From the UHGV virus genome UHGV-0077319: 15,138 nt of DNA. One strand, written 5' to 3'. The DNA is from a virus. Position 1 is the stretch's first letter, and the number at the start of each line of letters is the position of its first letter. The translations under genes and the position numbers were made by a program. Below the pieces are notes generated by a model, which ran no database searches, was not told the origin of the DNA, and saw nothing but the letters and a program-made list of their open reading frames with translations. Below, in pieces: positions 8,140 to 15,138 of this stretch.

Positions 8140-9195
8140 TTATGCTCCGGCTTCTACGGCGACGCTGAAGTCGCCAATCTGGATGTTTTCCACCAGTGCT
8201 GCGCAGCGGTAGTCCTCAACCACATAGGCTTCGTTAACGGATTCAAAGTTTTCAATCCGGTCACGTTTCGGGTTGTCGATAACTGAACGGCGGCGGGTGT
8301 CTTCCTGCCAGTAGATGGACAGGTTATCCAGACGGGTGATCAGCAGCGCATTCGGCGGGAAGAACGGCGCACGCACGGCCTGCAGGCCACCCATGCGTTT
8401 CTGGCTGATGATCATATCGGCAGCCAGTTTTTCACTGTTTTCCTGCTCTTTGTTGACCAGCGGGAAATACTTATCAGACAACAGTTCACGACCGCAAATC
8501 ACCACCAGATCGTCATCGTCCTGGTAGACCACGTCGATAAGCTCATTAACGGCATCCATCACCACGGCGTCCAGATTGGCATATTCGCCACCTTTGCCGA
8601 CTTTCACTGCACCCGGTGTGGTTTCACCGCCCGTGGTGCTGCTGCCCATGACGTGATCCGGTGCATCCTCACGAATTTTCTGCAGCCAGCCTTTATTCAC
8701 ATCCTGCAGCAGCGGGTTTTCGCTACGGTTGGAGGTTTTCGCACGCTTCACGCCGTTAAAGCCGATCATGATGCGGTCCAGTGCCTGACGTTTCACGATG
8801 GCGTCACGGATACGCACCTGGAAATCCTGAAACTTCGCCCACAGGTCCAGCTTCGCGTAGGTCAGCACCGTGTCAAAGTTGGTCTGCTCGCATTTATATT
8901 CCACATCGACCATCAGCGTCGGATCGACAGGTTCACGCTCTTTCGCGGTGGTGTCAGTGGTTCCGGCAATGGTGCTGCCAACACCCAGCCCCAGCAGCTG
9001 ACCGGACTGCTCAGTCACTGGCGTGACGTTAATCAGCGTCAGGAAAGCGGTGGACTGCTGGATCTGGTCTTCCAGCGTCTGCTGCACAGACGGCTCCACA
9101 GTGAATTTGCTGGACAGTTCTTCAACTGCCACACCGTTCAGACGCGCCAGCTGCTGCAGGTAAGCGTTAAAAGCAAAGCGGGTATTCTTCTTCAT
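8140..9195 (-). CDS. N: major capsid protein gpN
   Basis: 351 aa. N-terminus TRFAFNAYLQQLARLNGVAVEELSSKFTVEPSVQQTL is closely similar to P2 gpN. Confidence 0.9.
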   Translation of the reverse strand: MKKNTRFAFNAYLQQLARLNGVAVEELSSKFTVEPSVQQTLEDQIQQSTAFLTLINVTPVTEQSGQLLGLGVGSTIAGTTDTTAKEREPVDPTLMVDVEYKCEQTNFDTVLTYAKLDLWAKFQDFQVRIRDAIVKRQALDRIMIGFNGVKRAKTSNRSENPLLQDVNKGWLQKIREDAPDHVMGSSTTGGETTPGAVKVGKGGEYANLDAVVMDAVNELIDVVYQDDDDLVVICGRELLSDKYFPLVNKEQENSEKLAADMIISQKRMGGLQAVRAPFFPPNALLITRLDNLSIYWQEDTRRRSVIDNPKRDRIENFESVNEAYVVEDYRCAALVENIQIGDFSVAVEAGA

Positions 9196-9211
9196 CGGGT
9201 TTTGTGCTCCA

Positions 9212-10045
9212 TCAGCAATTGGTCAGAGTGTCAGCGGGGGTGTTACCGCCTGTTGCACGCTGGCGGTAGTCCTGGCGGCTGTCTTCTTGACTCAGCTTGT
9301 CCACCAGTTCGTTAAAGGCGGTCTGCTGTGCCTGCAGGGCAGTCTCCAGCTCAGACAGGCGTTCTTCCTGCTCAGACAGGGATTTTTCGGTGCGTGCGCT
9401 CAGGTTTTGCTGCTCAGTGGCGACCAGCTCCACGGCCTTATGCACATCAGAGAACCGGGCGTCATCGGACTGCTCTTTTTTGGTAAACAGCGCCGTGACA
9501 CGGGCAAACAGGGACGGTTTGTCATCCTGGATTTCTTCCAGTTCGATCACCGTTTCCTCTGCAGCGGTAAAGAGATTGGCAGGATTCTGCTTGCGGTTTG
9601 CCAGTGGGTTATGGGCTGCACTGGCGCTGAATGTCAGCATTTCAGTGCCCAGACTGGCAGGGTCATCAGTGGCAGCCAGGCCGACCAGGTAGGCTTTGCC
9701 CGTATCAGCGAACTTCGGGCTGACTTCCATAGAGGTGAATAATTTCTGGCCTTTTTTCACCAGTTCCACCAGGGACTCCGTTGGCTCAACGTCGGCATAC
9801 AGCGCCATCTTGCCTGCCAGCGGACCTTCCGTGATTTCTTCAGCAAACAGCGCCGTCACCTTGCCGTAGCGGTTAAAGGTGCTGTCCGGCAGATAAGACT
9901 TGATGTGCTCAAGGTTAATCAGCGCGGTATACACCGCCGGGTTGTAGCTGGCTGCCATCTGTTCCAGCCATTCACGCTGGATTTCGCGTCCGTCGGTGGT
10001 GGCACCTTCCACCCCGATGCGAAAACGCTTTGCTTTCACTGTCAT
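9212..10045 (-). CDS. O: capsid scaffolding protein gpO
   Basis: 277 aa. N-terminus MTVKAKRFRIGVEGATTDGREI is similar to P2 gpO. Acidic coiled-coil C-terminal half. First gene of the leftward late operon. Confidence 0.9.
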   Translation of the reverse strand: MTVKAKRFRIGVEGATTDGREIQREWLEQMAASYNPAVYTALINLEHIKSYLPDSTFNRYGKVTALFAEEITEGPLAGKMALYADVEPTESLVELVKKGQKLFTSMEVSPKFADTGKAYLVGLAATDDPASLGTEMLTFSASAAHNPLANRKQNPANLFTAAEETVIELEEIQDDKPSLFARVTALFTKKEQSDDARFSDVHKAVELVATEQQNLSARTEKSLSEQEERLSELETALQAQQTAFNELVDKLSQEDSRQDYRQRATGGNTPADTLTNC

Positions 10046-10187
10046 GAGCCGTGCTCCGTTAGAAAAAACTTACTGGAGCCTTATGGTTGCGGTGATGGGG
10101 GCAGTGAAACAATGCGCGGTATTTGTACCGACAACCACACAAACCGCAGGCGGGGAAAGCCTTCATTCAAGGCTGTAGGTTTGTGCC
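10046..10187. promoter_or_regulatory. divergent late promoter region (PO / PP equivalent) with a TGT-N12-ACA activator-site dyad
   Basis: 142 bp between divergent gpO (minus) and gpP (plus). TGTaccgacaaccacACA at 10124..10141 fits the Ogr/Delta binding consensus. Its centre lies about 55 bp upstream of a transcription start that would leave a ~30 nt leader for gpO. Confidence 0.5.
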
Positions 10188-11954
10188 ATGAACACCACAC
10201 TGACACCCGCAGATCTCGATCCCCGTCGGCAGGCCATGCTGCTGTACTTTCAGGGATACCGCGTAGCCCGCATTGCTGAAATGCTGGGCGAGAAAGTTGC
10301 AACCGTTCACAGCTGGAAAAAACGCGACAAGTGGGGTGACTATGGGCCGCTGGATCAGATGCAGCTCACCACCGCCGCACGCTACTGCCAGCTCATTATG
10401 AAGGAGCACAAAGAAGGGAAAGATTTCAAAGAGATTGACCTGCTGGCGCGCCAGTCGGAGCGCCATGCGCGGATCGGCAAGTTTAACAATGGCGGCAACG
10501 AAGCCGACTTAAACCCTAACGTCGCCAACCGCAACAAAGGCCCGCGCCGTCAGCCGGAAAAGAACGTTTTCACCGATGAACAGATTGAGAAGCTGGAAGA
10601 AATCTTCCATTCCTCCATGTTCAACTACCAGCGCCACTGGTGGGAAGCCGGAAAAACCAACCGCATCCGCAACCTGCTGAAGTCACGCCAGATCGGCGCG
10701 ACCTTCTATTTTGCCCGTGAAGCCCTGATTGACGCCCTGCTAACCGGGCGTAACCAGATTTTCCTTTCCGCCAGCAAGGCACAGGCCCACGTCTTTAAGC
10801 AGTACATCATCGACTTCGCCAAAGAAGTGGAGGTGGAGCTGAAAGGCGATCCGATAGTGCTTCCTAACGGGGCCACGCTGTACTTCCTCGGCACCAATGC
10901 CCGCACGGCCCAGAGTTACCACGGCAACCTGTATCTGGATGAATATTTCTGGATACCGAAATTCCAGGAGCTGCGCAAAGTGGCTTCCGGTATGGCTATT
11001 CACAAAAAATGGCGACAAACCTATTTTTCCACGCCATCCAGCCTGACACACAGTGCTTATCCGTTCTGGTCCGGTGCGCTGTTCAACCGTGGGCGCAACA
11101 AAGCCGACAAGGTGGACATCGACCTGTCCCACAGCAATCTGGCCCCCGGCCTGCTGTGCGCAGACGGGCAATACCGCCAGATAGTCACCGTGGAAGATGC
11201 GGTGCGCGGCGGCTGTAACCTGTTCGACCTCGACCAGCTACGCATGGAGTACAGCCCGGACGAATACCAGAACCTGCTGATGTGCGAGTTCGTGGACGAT
11301 CTCGCGTCCGTGTTCCCGCTTAGCGAACTGCAGACGTGCATGGTGGACAGTTGGGAAGTCTGGACCGACTTTCATGCACTGGCCCTGCGCCCGTTTGGCT
11401 GGCGCGAGGTGTGGATCGGTTATGACCCGGCAAAAGGTACGCAGAACGGCGACAGTGCCGGATGCGTGGTGGTGGCTCCGCCAGCCGTGCCGGGCGGTAA
11501 GTTCCGTATTCTTGAGCGTCACCAGTGGCGCGGGATGGACTTCCGCGCCCAGGCTGATGCAATCAAAAAACTGACCGAGCAGTACAACGTGACCTATATC
11601 GGCATTGACTCGACAGGCGTCGGTCACGGGGTTTATGAGAACGTGAAAGCGTTCTTTCCTGCCGTCCGGGAGTTTGTCTACAACCCCAACGTTAAAAACG
11701 CTCTGGTACTCAAGGCCTACGACATTATCAGTCACCGTCGTCTGGAGTTTGACGCCGGACACACCGACATTGCGCAGTCATTCATGGCAATCCGTCGCGC
11801 AACCACCGCCAGCGGCAACCGCCCGACCTATGAAGCCAGCCGCAGCGAAGAAGCCAGCCACGCCGATCTGGCCTGGGCAACAATGCACGCACTGTTTAAC
11901 GAACCGCTGCAGGGCGAATCCGCCAATACCAGCAATATTGTGGAGATTTTTTGA
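10188..11954 (+). CDS. P: terminase large (ATPase) subunit gpP
   Basis: 588 aa. N-terminus PRRQAMLLYFQGYRVARIAEMLGEKVATVHSWKKRD is similar to P2 gpP. Stop overlaps the Q start (ATGA). Confidence 0.9.
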   Translation: MNTTLTPADLDPRRQAMLLYFQGYRVARIAEMLGEKVATVHSWKKRDKWGDYGPLDQMQLTTAARYCQLIMKEHKEGKDFKEIDLLARQSERHARIGKFNNGGNEADLNPNVANRNKGPRRQPEKNVFTDEQIEKLEEIFHSSMFNYQRHWWEAGKTNRIRNLLKSRQIGATFYFAREALIDALLTGRNQIFLSASKAQAHVFKQYIIDFAKEVEVELKGDPIVLPNGATLYFLGTNARTAQSYHGNLYLDEYFWIPKFQELRKVASGMAIHKKWRQTYFSTPSSLTHSAYPFWSGALFNRGRNKADKVDIDLSHSNLAPGLLCADGQYRQIVTVEDAVRGGCNLFDLDQLRMEYSPDEYQNLLMCEFVDDLASVFPLSELQTCMVDSWEVWTDFHALALRPFGWREVWIGYDPAKGTQNGDSAGCVVVAPPAVPGGKFRILERHQWRGMDFRAQADAIKKLTEQYNVTYIGIDSTGVGHGVYENVKAFFPAVREFVYNPNVKNALVLKAYDIISHRRLEFDAGHTDIAQSFMAIRRATTASGNRPTYEASRSEEASHADLAWATMHALFNEPLQGESANTSNIVEIF

Positions 11955-12979
11955 TGGGAAAGAGTAAGAAGAACCGCGCTGCGGCGACGAAACAGCTCCA
12001 GCTTAAAAACCAGACTACAGCCGAAGCATTCAGCTTCGGCGATCCCGTTCCTGTTCTGGACCGCCGAGAACTGCTGGACTATGTGGAATGCGTACAGATG
12101 GACCGTTGGTATGAGCCGCCCGTCAGCTTTGACGGACTGGCGCGCACCTTCCGCGCTGCCGTGCATCACAGTTCCCCGATTGCAGTAAAGTGCAACATTC
12201 TGACCAGTACCTATATCCCTCATCCGCTGCTCAGCCAGCAGGCTTTTTCGCGTTTTGTGCAGGACTATCTGGTATTTGGTAACGCCTACCTGGAGAAACG
12301 CACAAACCGATTCGGTGAAGTTATCGCTCTTGAGCCTGCGCTGGCAAAATACACCCGACGCGGATTAGACCTGGATACCTACTGGTTTGTGCAATACGGT
12401 ATGACAACCCAGCCGTATCAGTTCACGAAAGGCAGCATTTTTCATCTGATGGAACCGGACATCAACCAGGAGATCTACGGCCTGCCCGGCTATCTTTCTG
12501 CCATTCCGTCAGCCCTACTCAACGAGTCCGCCACGCTGTTCCGTCGCAAGTATTACATTAACGGCAGCCATGCGGGCTTTATCATGTACATGACCGATGC
12601 CGCGCAAAACCAGGAGGATGTGAACAACCTCCGCAACGCGATGAAAAGCGCCAAAGGTCCAGGCAACTTCCGCAACCTGTTTATGTACTCGCCTAACGGC
12701 AAAAAGGACGGGCTTCAGATCATCCCATTGTCAGAAGTCGCGGCGAAGGATGAATTTCTTAATATCAAGAACGTGAGTCGGGATGACATGATGGCAGCGC
12801 ACCGCGTGCCGCCTCAGATGATGGGGATTATGCCTAATAATGTTGGGGGGTTTGGGGATGTGGAGAAAGCAAGTAAAGTGTTTGTACGAAACGAACTTAT
12901 ACCATTACAAAAACGCTTAGGAGAGATAAATGAATGGCTTGATAAAAAAATAATAGAATTTGAAATATATTCACTCTGA
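11951..12979 (+). CDS. Q: portal (capsid vertex) protein gpQ
   Basis: 342 aa in the position downstream of and overlapping P, as in the P2 P-Q operon. The last ~30 codons fall in AT-rich sequence, which suggests the island junction lies at the gene's 3' end. Confidence 0.85.
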   Translation: MMGKSKKNRAAATKQLQLKNQTTAEAFSFGDPVPVLDRRELLDYVECVQMDRWYEPPVSFDGLARTFRAAVHHSSPIAVKCNILTSTYIPHPLLSQQAFSRFVQDYLVFGNAYLEKRTNRFGEVIALEPALAKYTRRGLDLDTYWFVQYGMTTQPYQFTKGSIFHLMEPDINQEIYGLPGYLSAIPSALLNESATLFRRKYYINGSHAGFIMYMTDAAQNQEDVNNLRNAMKSAKGPGNFRNLFMYSPNGKKDGLQIIPLSEVAAKDEFLNIKNVSRDDMMAAHRVPPQMMGIMPNNVGGFGDVEKASKVFVRNELIPLQKRLGEINEWLDKKIIEFEIYSL

Positions 12980-13026
12980 TACATTTACATCACTTAATAG
13001 GACATCCATCGCTCAACACATAATAA

Positions 13027-13056
13027 GAAAAAAAACTACGGCACTACCGTGCCGTA
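13027..13056 (-). terminator. rho-independent terminator for the minus-strand cargo operon (possibly weakly bidirectional)
   Basis: Perfect 7 bp stem acggcac (13038..13044) / gtgccgt (13049..13055) with a 4 nt loop. On the minus strand the hairpin is followed by a U8 tract (A-run 13028..13035 on the plus strand). Lies directly after the last cargo gene. Confidence 0.6.
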
Positions 13057-13064
13057 ACAAATTA

Positions 13065-13559
13065 TCACTTTAAGAATTTTTTCTGATAAGACTCATCAAT
13101 TAGAGATTTAATTATTTTCGCCCTTTTTGACACTAATACACTAATTCTTGTCCTTTGACTTTTATCATACTCCTGTGCTTTTTCAATATTAGATGTAGCA
13201 TCTTTGAATAAATCAGCAATCAAAGGTTTATAGTCACCTTCGATATTAATGCGTTGTTTTAGATGATTCAACCACCGCTCGGTCTCCGCAAGAAGTGCTG
13301 TTATCTCATTTTGAAATGACATTGCATCAATTTCTTTTGAATCTCCCGGTATCCAAAACTTTCTTGATGCAGATTCAATTTCCTTTAAATTATCTGAAAC
13401 ATTTTTTACAATTGACCATGTTTCACTCCTCTTTTGCAACGCACGGGAGTTTCTATATACAAAAACCCAACCAATCAAGGCTGTTAGAATTGCAATCACA
13501 CCTGAACTAGCAAGGTATTGTAATAACCGCAGATAAACCGGAAGTTCATCCATGAACAT
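13065..13559 (-). CDS. cargo gene C: single-pass membrane protein with coiled-coil-like soluble domain (hypothetical; candidate effector)
   Basis: AT-rich ORF. Candidate starts are GTG 13562, ATG 13559 (overlapping the gene B stop as TGATG) and ATG 13553 (GGAG 8 nt upstream). N-terminal hydrophobic helix LLQYLASSGVIAILTALIGWVFVY, then a charged helical region. The terminator follows. Confidence 0.6.
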   Translation of the reverse strand: MFMDELPVYLRLLQYLASSGVIAILTALIGWVFVYRNSRALQKRSETWSIVKNVSDNLKEIESASRKFWIPGDSKEIDAMSFQNEITALLAETERWLNHLKQRINIEGDYKPLIADLFKDATSNIEKAQEYDKSQRTRISVLVSKRAKIIKSLIDESYQKKFLK

Positions 13560-13879
13560 CACTCCTTTTTAGCATCAGAAATATATCCCCATATACTATC
13601 CTTGAGGAAATCCAAATCAGTAAATATTTTTAATTTTTTCCTAATTATAGCTTTATCTATATTATTTGTTCTATAAAGTCCACCAAACGCCTCTTCCAAG
13701 AATGAAGAACCATAACCCATAGCACCATCAAGGTACACGTGCACCTCATCATAATCTTGGATGGCTTTCAAAAGATACTTTTCACGGAAACGTTGTCCAT
13801 TATCAGGACCATCCTCATCATAGCGGCCATAGGGAACATCTGAAAAATCTTCAGCAACATGTATCTCTTTGATTTTCAT
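13559..13879 (-). CDS. cargo gene B: small acidic protein, STAS-like (anti-sigma-antagonist-like) by motif; hypothetical
   Basis: 106 aa. ATG at 13879 overlaps the gene A stop (ATGA). VHVYLDGAMGYGSSFLEEAFGGL resembles the strand-Ser-helix core of STAS/SpoIIAA-like domains. The assignment is from motif memory only. Confidence 0.55.
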   Translation of the reverse strand: MKIKEIHVAEDFSDVPYGRYDEDGPDNGQRFREKYLLKAIQDYDEVHVYLDGAMGYGSSFLEEAFGGLYRTNNIDKAIIRKKLKIFTDLDFLKDSIWGYISDAKKE

Positions 13880-14943
13880 TCAGCACCTCTCAAACTTACA
13901 TTCCATTGAATAAGGGTTCCACCTATGGAGTATGGCAGATCAAATTTATCTTCAACATTATTTTCAGCATCATAAGAATATCGTCCCATTCCACTAAAAA
14001 TATGTAACTGCCCCTCAGGGTTATCTACAACATACCTTTTCATATCAGGTAATCCTTTACCATGCTTCTGACTATTCATTCTTGTCTCACCATACTGTAC
14101 AGCCGCGAATATTTTATCAGAATCCGTCTTAGGATTAAATATCTGAGCGATAAATGTGAAAAAGTCTTTTTTAACCAATGTAACTGGGATACCTTCTCCC
14201 ATATCATACACCATCAAAAATAGTTGTTCTTCGACTTTGTGTGCCAATATCCACCATCTTTTACCAATGTCCTCAATAAATTCAGAGAACTGTTCTTCAT
14301 TTGAATACGCATGTAGACCAACATTGCTAATAGATTCAGTTAATGCTGCATATAATTTCACACCATCCGAAGCGGAAATCTTACCTTCATAAATGGTATC
14401 TTTTATATAACGTAGAATATTTTTAATTTTTTGTCTTGCTTCGGCACTTTCATGATCATCTCTAGTTTTGCCTGCAACAGCGGAAACAATTTCCATTGAA
14501 TTAAGCTTATCTGCAGCTATACGCTGAAACCCTGTAATCCCCCAAATACCACATATTTTAAACCAGTTATTTGCCCTGGGTGAACCGCACGTAGTAATAG
14601 AAATTATATTTTTATCTTTTGTTTGCCTTTGTAAAAAGTCAATATGTGCATACAATACGATTACTGCACATGCTTTCAGAGATTTTGTATTTCTGAAATC
14701 TATTAAAATTTTCTCACCATCATTGATGTAATCTCTGATTAAAGTGATAAACTCTATAAATAGTTTGTAATTTTTAGTATTAAATAAGTCCAATGACGCA
14801 GGCGCGGGTATTCTCACACGAGAGAATACCCGCATGGGCTGTAGCATCCGTCTTCCACCAGAAAGCTTTCTTGACTCCCGCTTCGCAATCTTCCTTGCTC
14901 TGATCAAAGAATGTTCAATTTGTTCTTCAGTTAGCCGCTTCAT
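13876..14943 (-). CDS. cargo gene A: protein with an N-terminal domain of unknown function and a C-terminal GHKL (histidine-kinase-like) ATPase domain
   Basis: The track ORF starts at 14988, but the ATG at 14943 (MKRLTEEQ) has GAGG 7 nt upstream. Bergerat-fold motifs appear in the canonical order: N-box ESISNVGLHA, G1 box YDMGEGIP (DxGxG), G2 box HGKGLPD (GxGL). The N-terminal ~200 residues are unrecognised. Confidence 0.65.
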   Translation of the reverse strand: MKRLTEEQIEHSLIRARKIAKRESRKLSGGRRMLQPMRVFSRVRIPAPASLDLFNTKNYKLFIEFITLIRDYINDGEKILIDFRNTKSLKACAVIVLYAHIDFLQRQTKDKNIISITTCGSPRANNWFKICGIWGITGFQRIAADKLNSMEIVSAVAGKTRDDHESAEARQKIKNILRYIKDTIYEGKISASDGVKLYAALTESISNVGLHAYSNEEQFSEFIEDIGKRWWILAHKVEEQLFLMVYDMGEGIPVTLVKKDFFTFIAQIFNPKTDSDKIFAAVQYGETRMNSQKHGKGLPDMKRYVVDNPEGQLHIFSGMGRYSYDAENNVEDKFDLPYSIGGTLIQWNVSLRGAE

Positions 14944-15138
14944 ATCCTTTCCTCGATAGTTGTTGAAGCTTATCAGTTCACGCAACAACTACAAACATCT
15001 ACCTGCTATCTTAAAGCAACAATTTGAAAGAACATTGAAAATCATAGTATCTGTTTGTAAACAAACGACTGTTTCTATACCTTGCGCGCGCTCGTATCCC
15101 CGCCACGCCTGCCCGCTTTATGTAGTGGTTTTCATGCA

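Larger units (their letters stand above)
1..15138. mobile_element. P2-like (Peduovirus-type) prophage, late/morphogenesis region (partial; window lies inside the element)
   Basis: Contiguous P2 late gene order H-I-J-W-V / S-R-lysis-X-L-M-N-O on the minus strand, with P-Q divergent on the plus strand. Products recognised by eye against remembered P2 protein sequences. Short start/stop overlaps typical of phage operons. Confidence 0.9.

Noticed and set aside
8653-9315. Long plus-strand ORFs (220 aa here; also 2991..3605, 570..1022, 1091..1618, 9287..9742, 103..465) lying antisense to the capsid, scaffold, baseplate and tail fibre genes
   Set aside because: They fully overlap strongly supported minus-strand P2 genes. 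They are rich in Arg/Ala/Gly/Cys, as expected for shadow frames in GC-rich DNA, and have no recognisable motifs or start signals.
10147-10161. Sequence aggcggggaaagc in the O/P intergenic region, resembling part of the remembered P2 cohesive-end sequence
   Set aside because: cos is not expected between O and P in P2-like genomes. The match is short, rests on memory, and the region is better explained as the divergent late promoter.
14156-14392. Small plus-strand ORFs inside the cargo genes (14156..14392 and 13295..13510)
   Set aside because: They are antisense to the longer, translationally coupled minus-strand genes. AT-rich sequence gives spurious short ORFs, and neither has an SD or recognisable features.
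1-15138. tRNA, rRNA, CRISPR arrays, integrase/att sites
   Set aside because: There are no arrays of direct repeats with spacers, no tRNA-like cloverleaf candidates, and no integrase-like ORF. The window lies wholly inside the late region of the prophage.

Overview
This window is the late (morphogenesis and lysis) region of a P2-like (Peduovirus-type) prophage, inverted relative to the canonical P2 map. On the minus strand, read from high to low coordinates: capsid scaffold O, major capsid N, terminase small subunit M, head completion L, tail protein X, a lysis cassette (small holin, SAR-type lysozyme, LysA/LysB/LysC), tail completion R and S, baseplate V/W/J/I and the 5' part of tail fibre H. 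On the plus strand: terminase large subunit P and portal Q. Two visibly AT-rich insertions interrupt the GC-rich backbone. One is a single plus-strand membrane-protein moron at the S/V operon boundary. The other is a ~2.1 kb island immediately downstream of Q carrying a translationally coupled three-gene minus-strand operon: a protein with a C-terminal GHKL (histidine-kinase-like) ATPase domain, a small acidic STAS-like protein, and a single-pass membrane coiled-coil protein. This island sits where P2-like phages carry variable anti-phage cargo (old/tin in P2) and is the best candidate here for an undescribed defence system. All protein identifications are by eye against remembered P2 sequences and motifs; no database search was possible. 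No rRNA, tRNA or CRISPR array was seen.
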